DNA of 61,948 bases, counting the filler, from Nemertoderma westbladi (taxonomy: Eukaryota; Animalia; Xenacoelomorpha), in the NCBI GenBank assembly GCA_032718475.1. It is 3 parts of 3 records of this genome, joined end to end, with 100 filler letters (N's around TTAATTAATTAA, not from the genome) between each part and the next. Parts side by side here need not be neighbours in the genome. Positions count along the whole stretch, not along the records: positions 1 to 28,807 come from JAUCBJ010002622.1; 2 more parts are not named here. The stretch is one strand, 5' to 3'. A program made the position numbers and the translations under genes. Below are positions 11,284-24,854 of this stretch, in pieces; within the stretch, counting starts at the first letter, position 1, and each line of letters opens with the position of its first letter. Below the pieces are notes generated by a model. That model had not been told where the DNA came from. It ran no database searches and saw only the letters and a list, made by a program, of their open reading frames with translations.

Positions 11284-14200
11284 AGATGAGCTTGAATTGA
11301 ATTTACGAACATGGCTGCACTTGAACATTAATTAATCTTTTATGTTCTATTTATGGCTTATTTATTTATCAATGTAACAATCGAAGTAGCTTGTAGTTTA
11401 CTATTGTTAATCGAAAACGAACAAGATTTATTTGGTGTAGATACAAATTAAAAAAGTATTAAATTGCGAATAATAGCAAAAATTATCAAATTGGTTTAAA
11501 AAAAATTCAATGTTGAAACAAAATTACTAAGTTTATCTAATATATTGTATTATTATTTACTGTAGTAAATGTACAGGATGTTAGCAGATTCAATCCGCTA
11601 TGCGCTCCCTCTACAAAGTGAAAAGCGGCCAATTTACCAATATTGGTGAGAGAAAGCAATAAGCCAGTAGGTGAGTTAATCAAATCACCTACTACTGTAG
11701 GGCCCAACATTGCCCAAGGGAGGAGAATATGGTGTGATGTTGTCAACCACTGAGATAGGTGATGGTGATATCAACTCTAAAGCCACTATTATTGGTGCAA
11801 TTACTAATTCTCATATAGTTAGTTAATCAGCTGCTAGCACAGTACAACAACTGGAACCCAGCCCATGGTGGTCGGTCAGTGACAACTTTATCCAAAGAGG
11901 GCAATACGTTTTGTATAATTAGATAATAGGTTGTTGTTAGTAAATCAGACACATCAGTTGTTGTGCAATATAATTAGACGAATTATACACATTGAAAGAC
12001 TAAGAACTAATCCTTTCGCAGCAACAACTACCCCTGACCCTAACGACCTAGAACTCTGTGGAACGACCATCTCTATAAGCTTTAGCCAGTCAGTTGGGAG
12101 TTCCTGTCAACGGCTCCCATCACACAGGACGTGTAACCAACCAAAGTGGAACTACAGGAAGATTACCAGTATGAATCTGAAAAAAATATATATGTAAAAA
12201 ATTATCTTTCCAAAATTATTTACATCCTCTTTTGTATTATTTTTTGTGATTTATAAATACAATTATTGTTATCTATAATATTATAGATATATTTATTTAT
12301 ACATTATGTAAAAACAATAACAAATACACCAAACAATGTACCGGTATAAAGGTATTGTCCAACATAACATATAGGATTACCCCTAAAGCTTTGCAGCTTA
12401 TTTCCAAGGGGGTCCTTTATGTTACTTGGTTACAAATACAATATTACACTACGCTAACCTAAAACCAATATAAAACGTAATTACACTATGTACATGTACA
12501 ACTTTACCGAGAGCGTGACAATGTCCGACTCAACGATAAAGATGTAATGTACAGAACAATTTATTATAAAACGTAATTACAGTATAAATAGTAAATAATT
12601 AATAAACTAATAACTTACTGTAGGACTATTGTACCTATTTTTACATTGCACACGGAGGTGAGATTTAACTGCAGATTTAAAAGAATGTTGATTATTTAGG
12701 TTTTTAATTTCATTAGGCAGAGCGTTCCAATTTTTAATGCCGTTAAAAAAGAAAGTATCAGATTCAAAGGATTTACAATTCGGGAGGTAGAAGTTTGAAG
12801 CACTAGCTCTGGTCTGTAAGAGTGTGTATCGCGTACTCTGTTGAATTTTTGTTTTAGGTAATTGGGACATTTACCATTATACACTTTATGCACATGGTTA
12901 AGGCGTAGCTGCTTAACTCTACTATCTAAGTTAAGTAGTCCAGATTCAGAAAAGTCATCTGGAGTTAGGTGGTGCCTAGGTTTGTAGTCTTTAATAAATC
13001 GTACTACTTTATTCTGAGCTACTTGTAATTTACATTTAAGCTGTTTGGTTAAGCCTTCATACCAAGAAGAGCACGCATAGTCCATGTGACACTGTATTAA
13101 AGAAGAGCAAAGTAACTTGCGGGAGTCGGTGTTTAAACTATTTTTATTTCTGTATAGAAACCTAAGCCTACTGTTAACTTTCGAGAAAATATTTTTCGCT
13201 GTACTTTCTCCTGATAAGCAGTTATCCAATGTGGCGCCTAAATATTTAACTTCCTTTTTATTTTCAATCTTATGTCCATTACTAGTGACTTCAAACTTAG
13301 TTACCTTCTTTAACTTTTTTTGGAACCAAACAAAATACTTTCAGTCTTACCGTAGTGAATGGATAGCTTATTATCAACCAACCACTCATTACAGGATTCT
13401 AGAACTGCACTTAACTTTTGGGAAATATGGATAGGATCTTTATGAGAGAAAATAAGAGCACTGTCGTCGGCATATAAAATGAGTTTAAAATCGGGATCTA
13501 TACTACTTATCATATCATTTACATAGCATACAAAAAGCAGAGGACCTAATATACTACCTTGCGGTACACCACAGGTAATCTCTTGTACAGTGGACTGCGA
13601 TTTGCTAATGACTACAGTTTGACCTCTGTCTGACAGGTAGGACTTGAACCAGTCTATAGAACCTACACCCATCAGGCCTAACTTACCAAGCAGAATTTCG
13701 TGATCTACAGTACTGCAGTATCGAAAGCCTTTTGTAGGTCCAACATTACCATACCGGTATATAAACCCTTTGCGTTATTACATCTAATTGTATCAGTTAA
13801 GTTAGTAAGGCAGGTGTCTGTAGAATATGATTTACGAAAGCCGGACTGAAGTTCATAGATCAGATTTAGCCTACTAAGATGTGCTTCCAGCTGTAGAAAA
13901 ACAGAACGTTCTAGAATTTTAGATACAATAATTAAGATACTAACAGGTCTGTAATTACAGGGTTCTACTTTACTATTATTTTCATACAGAGGAACAATCT
14001 TAGCTAATTTCAGTTCGTCTGGTACTACATTATCTACGATAGAGTAATTAATAATAAAAGTAATAGGCACTTTAAGTACTTCAGCACCATCCTTAAGAAA
14101 ACGGGCAGGTATTAGGTCTAGACCGGTACTTTTTGAGGCTGATAGGCTAAGTAGATTTTGAAAAACGAAATCCTCAGAAACGGGTTTTAAAAATAACTTT

Positions 14201-15589
14201 TCTGAATTTTGTAACTTTTCTAAATAAAAATTATTTAGAGTTTCGGACCCTATACTATATTTATTACTTGATAACGGTAACTTCTTAACTAAATTAGAGG
14301 CAACATTAGTAAAATAATTATTAAATAAATTACTAACTAGAGTATGATCATGAATCAGCTCACCGTTATCTTGCAGAACAATATTCGATTTAGATTTAAG
14401 GTTTTTATAAACCTAAAGATTTTAGGGTAGACCATAGACTTTTAGGATTATCTTTATTCTCACTTATTTTGTTGTACAAATATTCAGATTTCGCTTTTTT
14501 TTATTTCCCGTTGGACAAGGTTTCTATATTTGCAGTAATTATTATAATCAGCTAAAACACGGTATTTCCTAAATTTATACAAATAGTTATCTCTTTCTCT
14601 GATATTACTAAGAATACCCGAGGTCATCCAGGGCTCAGTGCGTTGTTTAAGACTAATTTCTTTAATTGGTGCTACAGTATTAAGTGCCTTTAGAAATATA
14701 TCTTTAAAAACAGTGTACGCAAGGTTAATGTCAGCGGCCTTAAAACAGGGTTCCCAGTCAGAATTAACTAACAAACTTAAAAAGCGTTCCTTGCTGTAAT
14801 TTTTCATAGACCTAACTGTTACTGTTTTATGATCCCCGATAAAAGATTTTTGGGTCTTTCTTGTGCAAAAAACTATAAAATGATCGCTTAGAAGACCTAT
14901 CGGTAAAACCCCAGATTGAGAAATAATATTTGGTATTATTACAAAGGATGTGATCTAGTAAAGTATAAGTTTTACTGGTAATTCTGGTAGAATCTCGAAT
15001 AATTTGTTTTAAACCAAACAAATTTAAAATACTTTGGTACTGTTTACAGATGGGGGATGCTTTGTGATGGTAACAGATATTAAAATCACCTAAGAAATAT
15101 ATTTCACAGTCTGACCTAAGATTACATAAAATTGTATTTTCAAAATTTTGCAAAAAATCTGATTGTTTAGGGGGCCGATATAAAGTACCGATTAAAATAG
15201 GTTTAGTTTTAGGAAGTAAAAGTTCCACCAGTAAAACTTCGTCACAACTCTCTAAATCTTCCCTACGATTAAAAGCTAAATCACATCGAATGTAAGTACA
15301 GACACCACCACCGTGTCTGTCCCTATCCTTACGTAAAACTACGTAATTATCAATATAAATTTCTCCTTCAGAAACGCTATCATCGAGCCAAGTTTCAGAG
15401 ATTGTTAGAACTGCTGGGTTGGATTTATTGATTAAAATACGAATTTCGGAAAGTTTGGGAAGCAGAGATCGTGCATTTAAATGCAAAAAATGCAGACCTT
15501 TTTTCTTAAAAAATTTAAAAGTTTCACTCTCAGCATCACTTGGAGTTTGCAGAGGCGATGTGAGGAATGAATCGCCGGTTTCTGATTCT

Positions 15590-15795
15590 AAAATTGTATC
15601 ATGAAAGGGAAGTTCGGTAAAAATACAGCTATTGCAGAGAAAACTTGGTTCAAGATTGTTTCTGGTGGAGAATAAATTACTGCTTTTCCTACGGAAACAT
15701 TTTAAATGTACAAATGTGTCACAACTCTCGCATTGGACGATCTTACTCCGAGAGTTTGTTCCTCATTGCAGCATTGACAGACGGGACAGTTGATC
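15590..15795 (-). pseudogene. PHD finger at the LINE ORF2 N-terminus (frameshifted)
   Basis: Joining frames gives CPVC...IVQCESCDTFVHLKC...FLCNSCIFTELPF, i.e. C4-H-C3. Confidence 0.8.
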
Positions 15796-15815
15796 TTCGG
15801 GGCCCGCGTCCTGCT

Positions 15816-15839
15816 GGGTCCTGGGTTGGTCTCAATATC
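15816..15839 (-). other. 2A-like ribosome-skipping (StopGo) motif DIETNPGP
   Basis: LCLLSLAWDIETNPGP in ORF 15702-16130 fits D(V/I)ExNPGP with a Leu-rich upstream tract. Confidence 0.85.
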
Positions 15840-16930
15840 CCAAGCCAGAGACAGAAGACAGAGTTTGGCGATTAGGCCTCTAGTTCGTGGAGAGGAGACC
15901 CAAGATCTTCTTCCCCGACGAGAGCAGTAGAGGCTAAATCCACTCGTCGACCACAGCTCCGTCGATTCGGCGCGGTAGTTCGAAACGGTAGCGACAGGGT
16001 GTTCCGCAAACCAGTCCAATACGGGTATTGGGTGGGTTGCAGGGTTGGGGTTACCCCGCGGATCGGATGGCTCTGCCACAACGAAATGGCCCAGAACGAT
16101 AAAAACTGTGGAGATTAAGAGCGGTGACATTGTGCTGTCTGGCTGTAGTCTGACTCAAAGGATAAAAACTGTATAGGCCTAGTACTGGTATGGTAAGTAC
16201 CAAATATTAATGGGCTTATAATTATTGTAGGCCTATGTACTGATACAAAATAAATTATAATTGTTAATATAATTACTTTTTTGCTATTTAATTTATTATC
16301 ATACGAACAAAACCAACAAATCTTCAACAACGTTTGAATTAATAACAGATAACGAACTGTTTTTACCCCAATTGTACAACCAATGAGTAAACCGAAAAGC
16401 TATAATTTATACCAAGTAGCCATTTGTACCAATTTATACTGTAGTATTTTAAAGTATTCCCCAGTATTTTAAATTAACGTTTAATACTCACAAAACTCCT
16501 ATTAAAACATGTTGTTGATGATGATTTTTGCTTTGCTATATTTTTGTTGATAGATTATGTTAATTATGCTTGTTACTTGTTACGGTGTTATGTTTATCCA
16601 AATAGATCCCCAGCCTGACAGCCTTGAGATTTATAGTCCTTCCAGGTTTACAGATTCTCAATGAGTTGTCCACGCGAACATCAACATTGAGTTAGATGCA
16701 AAAGTAGATCTGGGATGACTTCATCTAAACTTCTGAAGCAGTGCAAAATTCAGTCCACTGAATAGTAATCTGCATTCATGAAGAGTACTTGATACAGGTT
16801 GTATCATACTATAAAGGTCGGTATTAGTCATGTTTTATCTCCAGCTGATGTTTAGACCAAGAAGTGCTGCCCTTAATAGACTTGTGTAACAATCATCAAT
16901 TCATTATTTAAGTAATTTGTCAGTGTCCAG

Positions 16931-17106
16931 GAGCCGGGATCTCGAAGCTCCCGAGGCCGCCGGGACCTTGATTTTCGCTTCGGATCTCAGGCGCCCGAGG
17001 ATTTGGAGAGGGTCTCGAAAGTCGGGCCTCGGGTTCGGGCGCCCGAGCCCCAGGTCTTGAGAATCCAAGGCCCTTCGAATGCTCGAGAGCTTCGAGACCC
17101 TGGCTC
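16931..17106. mobile_element. PIF/Harbinger-like MITE (176 bp) with CAG target duplication, inserted in an RTE remnant
   Basis: ~25-bp TIRs GAGCCGGGATCTCGAAGCTCCCGAG / CTCGAGAGCTTCGAGACCCTGGCTC; CAG on both sides; the host sequence (16840-16930) recurs uninterrupted at 53920-54012. Confidence 0.75.
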
Positions 17107-17661
17107 CAGGTCTCACCGTCTTACACCATGTCCTGGAATATAGTATGATGATTGGAGACTTTGAATAAACTCATAGCCTACTATATTACAGGCCGTGCCA
17201 ACGTGCAGATACAATTCTGACTTGGCGGCCGAGTTGGACTTGGAACCAGACTCCGCAATCAGCCAGTAGGCCTACAGCCAGACAGCAATACCTGAATTCG
17301 GCAATGGAACCTACACTACCTACAGACCTAGGTCTGTAGGTGTGTTCCGTGTCTTACTTCTATGTACTGTACTGGCTGACTGGTACCGGTACTCCCTTTT
17401 GAGAAGTTTTAGATCAGTTTTAGGCTACTTGTGCCTTTGCGCCGAAAATCTTCGACGCAGCATTACGACTGGCGTCGTATGCGGAAGCCATCGCAAAGAT
17501 GTGTGTGTGTGTAAAACTATAGGCTAACCAAAACAATAAACAATATCTCAATAACATAGGGTATTTCATACTTATGGTCTTATTTTTGCAATACGAAAAT
17601 ACCAGAGGTACGCATATGAACTATAACTGGTATTAGGCCTACTTGGTGCTTGGATATCGAT

Positions 17662-17790
17662 ATGCCTCGGAAGTGCTGCGTGCCAGAGCTGCAGAGTCTG
17701 AGAGTGTCGGTCAAACTATAAAAACGCCACACCATGCAGCGTTTTCCGTATTCCAGGGGAGGAGCCCTATCAGCCTATAGAACCGGTATT
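17662..17790 (+). pseudogene. THAP-domain remnant (P-element/Harbinger-associated type)
   Basis: MPRKCCVP, a short insertion, then ECRSNYKNATPCSVFRIP: THAP N-terminal pattern; remainder decayed. Confidence 0.55.
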
Positions 17791-19559
17791 GCTGAATTTC
17801 AAACCCAGCTGATATATCCTGCAGTCTCCTAGCAACCAGCTGATGTCAAGCCTAATAATTTTTGGTTAGATAAATTTATTATAACTGCAAGACAGTTACA
17901 CAGTTTATGCATGAAAACCCCACGCAAATTCAACTTGGAAAATTTCTAAACTTTTGCCAGACTACATATGTACCAAGTTTGGATACATTTTATGGAGATT
18001 TGGCTGACTTATTAATGTTTAAAATTGGACACGACAGATCAACAGAACAACAGACACACCGATTGAGTTAGTGGTACCTTAAGAGAGTCATAGTTACTCA
18101 CCGCCGTTCCCCTGATTTGCCAAACCGTCAGAACGACGGCAGAGCCACCTGCCGTTACTAAGAGCACTCGAATTTCACCTGGTATACGCTCCGCCCCTCG
18201 ACACGCTTCCAAACATGCACCTTAACACAGTTGGTGTTGGTGTCGTTTCCGGGTGTGTAGATTTCGCTGCCACATGCGGTGTCTCATATGGGCATACCAG
18301 CTAGTGTTGTGCTCTGGTATGGCAGGATCCCATTGAGTGCGTGGGTCAGATGTCAACCCTAGTGGAGCATAGTTCACCAGACTCGGCTTTACGTTGGAAT
18401 TACCGTATTGCAGGTCGGCAATATGCTACTACTGCAGTTGGAGGTGCACACTGGTGTGTTAAAAGGGCAGTGTGCTATAGCTCAGGACCTCCCTACGTTC
18501 CATTCAACAGATGTGACCCCCTTGACTGGCTCTACTGACTGGGCAAGTGTGGCTGTCACTCTTGCCAGACCGCAATCGAGTTAACTACGTAACCGTGGAT
18601 GATGCAGTGACCACGAACCGTAGACCCCAAGCGAGTAGCTATCTAATCCAACGACCGCCTAGAGCTGTAAATCTAACAGCTAGGTTATAGGTTATCAGCA
18701 GTAATCGCGGCTCGAGACTAGGGCCACATGTGAGAGGCTGTAGACCACTGAGCCACGGGTAGGACTCAGTGGGCAGCCAAACACACACGACCCCGAGCAT
18801 AACTCCCATATCAACATAGACTCTCATGTTAACTAATGAAGTTACTATGGTTGGATGAACGAACACCTCTGTCCTTGTGCCATTGCCGCCGCTTTGCTAG
18901 GAGTGCCAATCCTATTACCAACTCTTACCACAGGGAGGTGGGCGGTTGGACTTTCTACGCATTACTTCAGTATCATGGAGGGATTCTCCGAAGGGTCAAC
19001 GTCTTTAATGCGGAGGTGTAGTCAATACCTCACATGCTGGTGCCGCAATTTAACCACTGTCCTTGTCCAAGTGGCACGTTAAACCGACTTACGCGCAGGT
19101 TGCTACATCGCAGTTTGCTACCAGTTTGTGGGGTCACCTCGGAGTTGTTAGAGACTGAGACAGCTTGCGCACTCATCCAAGCCCTCACACTCTATTTACC
19201 CGAAATACTATCCAGGAAAACGCCTTAGGCACAAGTCCCTCGGACTGACAGAACCTGAACCCACAGGAAGCCTTGGGAACGAGTCCTTCGGACTAATACC
19301 TGTGGGTGCAACATGTTGAGACCTGCATTACGCTATCTGATCAAACCCAACTTCCAGTTAATCCCTTTCCTTGCACAGAGTGCCCAGACAGCCGTGACCA
19401 CAGCTTTAGACGTAGGCCAACGTGTTCCCCAACAATATATTATCCTCCCTCGTGGAAAGGGAGACAGATTTATCCACTCTGGCAGTGAGCGGAAACAGAC
19501 ACCATCCAGCAGCTAATGGCTCGGTCAGAGGCCCTTCCATTGGTTTCACAGTGTCACGC

Positions 19560-19720
19560 TCAACATGCCTCATATGTTTGCCTAATATCCCTCATATGGG
19601 CATCAACTCAAAGAGTCTGTATGCTAAGCTCGCTTACTTTCGTCGCTCACCCCACATTAGTGTTATTAGTGTAAGTGAATCCGCTACATTGCATTATTAG
19701 CAGTCAGGGGATCATCATTG
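19560..19720 (+). pseudogene. Decayed start of a CR1/L2-type APE endonuclease
   Basis: INSKSLYAKL...ISVISVSES resembles APE motifs N-x-x-SL-x-x-K and I-x-x-(S/T)E. Confidence 0.35.
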
Positions 19721-20299
19721 TTGAACTTATGAAATGCACTGGCTGCCTCAAGCAGATTTTAGTTTACCAAATCATGGCCACTCAGATGCATTCATACAGT
19801 ATATAACTGGCAGAACAACTAAGGAGGGCATAGTGAGGGGTAGACGAATGATGGTATGGTAACACCACAGGTGGTACATGGGTGGGAGACCATGGGTCTC
19901 ACTAGACGTCACAAAGAATTCCTAGACAAACTGCAACGATCTTGCAGGAAGAGGGATTCTGAATTGGGATTTGGAATCCCCAAAGATGGACCAGGGAAAG
20001 GGGTGGGGTTGGCCTACTAATTAATCTTATTCTGTGGGACTCATTATTAACAAAGAAAATTATATTATATTATATAAATTTCTTGCTGCACATGTATTTC
20101 AATTTATGTTCTGCTATCAATGTAATGCGAATTGATCTATTTACATTACTGATACTACAGTAGTAATCATACCATTGTTGCTGGCATTGAATTTCAATGG
20201 CTGGTTAGCATCTCAACCAATGGTGCATGATCAGTGATTATACAAAATAACTGACCAATTAAGTTATAATTCAATAAATCAATTAAGTATACTCTAAAT

Positions 20300-22900
20300 C
20301 TTTCAGACCCCCACTTTGCAGCTAAACATTCACCTTCTATCTGGCTGTATCTGGATTCTGCAATTGTAGTAGTTCTACTACTGTAGCATAAGATACTGGA
20401 GTCCAGATACCATTATCACCTGGAGACTTTTGCATCAATGTAACTCCGATCCCTGAAATGTGGTATTCAACATGTAACTTAGAATCTACTAGTGTGATAT
20501 CATAATACAGTACCTTCGATTTGGGAGGGACCATCTCTTGGATGGCAGAAACTTTACTTGGGTATGGGTGAATACCTTCTTTACTTAAAATAAGACCAAA
20601 GAAAGTAATCTCTGATCTATTGAACTGACATTTACGTCGGTTAAATGTAATTCCAGCATCTAATAAACACTCGAAAACTGTCTTCAATACAGTGCCATGG
20701 CTTTCTTGATCCTTACCAAAAATGATTGTCATCTGAATAATTTCTTGCCCCAGAAATTCTAGATATTGTTTGCCTGACTGTCCTGTCAAATTCATCTTGA
20801 GCAGTAATACTACCATATGGTAAGCCTGTGTATCTTATTTATTACCTATATGGGTGTAGAATGTCGTTATTTGGCGGCTATCTTCATCCAGTTCTAACTG
20901 GTGATACCCACTTTCAAAATCGAATTGACTAAATACACTTGACTTGACTTCCCTGCACCTCAAATAAAGTGGCATCGACTGTGGGTAGGTCATTTCTGAT
21001 TCTTTTAATCGGTGTATTTATTGTGCTGCAGTCAACACAGATCAGAATAGCATTAGGGTTTGGGTCCTTTGGCTTTGGTGCAAATACCAAATTCGAAACC
21101 CAAGTTGTCGGTATTTCTGTAGGAGCATCCTCTGTAATACCTTCAGCCGTTAGCTCAATATGCTTTTGCAAGGGCTCTCTGTAACAGAATGGAATCTTTC
21201 TAGGTACTTGGGCAACCTCTTTAATATTTTTATCAATAAGAAGAGACTCTTGGTTATATATGTAACATGAAACACATTCTGAAGGTGTTTAATACAATCT
21301 GGAATATTATTTGCACCTATCTGCAATCGTTCTCGTACAGTATTATAGTCTTCTTAACATGTGGAAATTGATTGAGTTATAAAAATTGTCCAAGCGAATC
21401 AGGTTAGCCTTGGAAACAGTGTTCTGATCAAGCTATTGCTAGAATTCCTAAATTGAATCCAGCCTGGCCTGATAAGAGAGGTTTAGAAGTAGTTTTACCT
21501 TTAACCACAACAATTGTTTTCAAGATAATGGGCATTCTTTGTAGCAATTTCACCTATGAACAAAACAATTACAGGTACCTCATGATCATAAAATGTTGCA
21601 AGTGTAGTAGGTGGTGCTGATAAAACTGCTGGTCTTAGATTCAATAGATTAGTCCCCTCATCAATTATTGTCTTTGAACTACATGCATCTACCTCAAATG
21701 AAACAACTATACCATTTAGTTTCAATTGAAGAGTAAAATCATCAAACAATGTACTTGATACTCTGTATACTATACATGGTCCTGGTCAACATCATTATAC
21801 ACCTGATCGGTATTCATATCTCGAACATTGTGTACACGATCCATATTGCCATCATCATACAGTAGTATTCAACATTTAAATCAGATGATTCAGGGAAGTC
21901 TACCTTTTTGCTCTGGTAATAATTGCTTAGAATTCTTGGTTGGTATTAACGATGTGGAAAATTAAAATCACATATAATGCCTGATCTGTTTTGAGTTCGT
22001 TGATTATTATATGGTCTATTCTGGTATCCATGATTCATTTGAGACCTACAACATACCCTCCAATGATTTAGTCCATTACAATTTGTGCAACGTCGACCTA
22101 TAGCCAGCAAACATTTGGATCTGGTTCATGGATCTTTCCACACCCTGACTCAACTTGACTTTCCACAACTTTGACTAACCTGGGGAAAAGTATCCATAAG
22201 TTGTACTTGCAGTTGAGCTGGGTTGATTGTACTGCGAGACTGATTACTTCCAATGTTTACTGATGGTGGTGGAGTTTGGGCGCTTCTGATTTGGTTTGTA
22301 CGGGAATACCTAAGAATATTCTTTGCTTCCAGTGGTTCAGAATGTTTTAATTTTAACCTTTTACTCAAACTGATCTGACATCTCTTGGATTTGCATCTTA
22401 GTATCTTTCATAATTTTTCCATTTTTCAAAATATCACCCAGGTCCCAATTGCGTTCAATTCCTTTCTGTTTCAGTCGTCCATTTATTCCTTTAGTCAATA
22501 TTTGATCTTTAATACGCCTATAAACTGCACCACCATCTCCAAAATTACAATCAACAGCCAATTCTCAAAGTCTAATAACATAGGATTTGTCGATTCTTGT
22601 CTAGGTTGTTTGCAATCCGTAAACTTTACTGCTGCATGAGTAACATTCGGTTGTGGTGTATAATATTCCTTTAGTTCTGTAGTTATCAATTACAGTAGTG
22701 TATGCATTCCGAGGAGGATCAATAATTGGAAGATCAGGGAGGTTATCAGCTACGTCCTCAAGTTCTCAACCTGAGTCATAAAACAGAGCATCTAAATTAT
22801 CATTACCATTTCTGAAAATCTTTACCACTTGTCAGTGGATCTTCAATCACAAAATGTCCCATGCCCAGGTCACTGTATCCTGCTGCACCTTGAGCCATTA
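20300..22900 (-). mobile_element. Degenerate Ty3/Gypsy internal region (gag-PR-RT-RNase H)
   Basis: gag ELKEYYTPQPNV / IKDQIL (22361-22689); knuckle CTNCNGLNHWRVCC (~22050-22090); protease FEVDACSSKTII; RT WVSNLVFAPK, ICVD, GYHQLEL, KCQF...ITFFG, KVSAI; many stops and frameshifts. Confidence 0.85.
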
Positions 22901-23439
22901 CTCATTACCAAATATCTACCAATTTTATGTAGCAACCTGTTATATCGAGTTTTGTTATGTCATTAGGCCTATTTCGAAGTGCAGTTTTAGAGTTTAGGCC
23001 TACCGGTATCTATAACTTACCCAGTTACCAGTACCGGTCCGGGATTCTCTGTTATAAATCCTTGTCCCCAATGTATTGTTGCTCGTTTTATAAAACATTA
23101 TTCGTTCAATATTATGCAAGATATATTAAAATAATGGTGGGCTACAAGCTATAACAATATGATCAGTGGATAGTTATTATCTAGGTTGCTAGCATACTGC
23201 AACAGCAGTATTAAGACTGACATAGTCCGTACCAAGCAGTAGATTGCTTCGGTTACTGGCATATACTGTAATGGCAGTATACAGATATGGCTACCGCCTA
23301 TCGTTTAATTTCTAATAGTATACAGAAACACATCCGGTGCAACCTTAAAAGCTCCTTTATCTAGGCTGTTACATATACAGTAGGGAGGGGAGTGCATACT
23401 AACTACAGTACCAAAGGTGAGCACCCCGTAAATATACAA

Positions 23440-23560
23440 CCCTTTTTCTTTACTATCCCTCGACAGAAGTCAGGTTCCCATGTCGTAGAGTTGGCGCACT
23501 AGTTACGAGATTATAACTGGCTCGGTACGGTATCGAACCCGGGACCTCTCAGATAGAAGA
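23440..23560 (-). mobile_element. tRNA-derived SINE-like fragment
   Basis: Minus strand GAGGTCCCGGGTTCGATACC is a pol III B box; no A box or cloverleaf seen. Confidence 0.35.
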
Positions 23561-23811
23561 AATTCGAGGAAAATAAACTGTAGCTGTAGATATAGATATA
23601 GATATAGATATACACCCAATTAGAACAGTACAGATGTAGGGGACAAACAAACCATCCATGGCAACATGTTCTCTTACATTGAGGCATTTCTCTTACATTG
23701 ATACTGTAGAGTGTGGCAGCAGAACAGTGTTTATATGTAACCCATAATTATCGATAATTGTTTACACTGATTAATGGGCAACAAAAGGAATGTAATGTTA
23801 GGCCTACTCTA

Positions 23812-24150
23812 TGTGGGGCGAGCCACGAAGTGAGCGAAACCTTAGCATATGGGTGTCATGGGCGAGTTGTCTGTCGTCGTCGTCTGTCGTCGTAAATTTT
23901 TGATCGCTAATAACTCGGTTATTCCTCAATTAAATTAAACGAAACTTGGTACGTATGTAGTCCGTCGAAAGTTTAGAGAGAATCTGAAGTTTGGTTAAAA
24001 ACGAACGAACGCAACGAGGCACAAGAGGAGGACGAGTATTGGGTTGAAGACTTCTGACTAACGGCAGACAACTCGTTAATGGTACCCATATGCAAAAGGC
24101 TTTGCTCACTTCGTGCGCGCGAAGGCCCCACGAACGTGTATAATCTCGTT
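23812..24150 (+). mobile_element. Non-autonomous Helentron/DINE-1-like element
   Basis: Ends TGTGGGGCGAGC...GCCCCACGAACGTGT; subterminal IR CACGAAGTGAGC/GCTCACTTCGTG; internal GTC/GTCT microsatellite; same termini at 27938-28230, 28533-28713 and 42281. Confidence 0.6.
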
Positions 24151-24854
24151 ATAGCTCAGTATGGGTCTCTATAAGTCCGCTAAACATTTTAGTATCCACC
24201 TTATAGCTCGGTGTCGGTATAGGTCGGCATAACTATGTAGGATCTTGGTAGAGTTAACTATAATAATTCCTATTTTAATTTAATTATCACGTTGCTTACC
24301 GCCCTCACCCCGAAGCCACAACCGTAACTATTGCCACATTGTTATCTTTTTTAGGGCCCCCTCACACAGAGCAACTTGTTTCTGCAACTTGTTTCTGGAA
24401 CTTTTTGCTGGACCAATAGACGTTAAACACAGCTTGTTCCACATTGTGCCCATTCTTGCCAATTAGTGGAATGGATACTTCGCTATTACTTACCAACATA
24501 GACTCGAGTTCGATCCCGGTCGTCTCTGTTGATTTTTTGCATTCTATTTAATAGGGCTATTTTATTATTTAGTATTCACTTACATTCATCAATAACTTAG
24601 AAACAATAGTTTTATACAAAGTTGAAGAAGGGGCTACCTTTAATACCATAAGAATCGACCTACTGTAGACTGTCCTAAACCACGACAAACTCATAACCTA
24701 GGCAATCTTAGATAAGTAGATCGTAAGCAAACTTAGATCCTGGTGAACTTATTAGAACCGGCTAAACTTAGAAACTTAATAGTTTAGGTTAGAATCCTAA
24801 CCTATGGGGGTTTTCTTGGTCACTGATATTATTTCTGAGGTCAGGTTTTCACTT

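Larger units (their letters stand above)
12290..16130 (-). mobile_element. CR1/L2-group (Crack/L2-like) LINE with near full-length but frameshifted ORF2: leader-2A-PHD-APE-RT
   Basis: APE HLNARSL/ISETWL/GGGV/YRPP/GDFN/LLDHI (14827-15486); RT NYRPVSIL, QSGFR, DLQKAFDT, GVPQGSILGPLLF, YADD (13310-14070); C-terminal region 12607-13229; 3' stem-loop-like GGACCCCCTTGGAAATAAGCT...GGGGTAATCC at ~12374-12416 and AATAAA near 12295. Confidence 0.92.

Noticed and set aside
11640-12170. Possible DIRS-like methyltransferase/recombinase remnant (PWWS-like motif near 11860)
   Set aside because: Only a few residues of resemblance; too decayed to support
23520-23555. tRNA gene (also B-box-like motifs near 24505 and 41750)
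   Set aside because: Isolated B boxes without an A box or cloverleaf; at best SINE remnants
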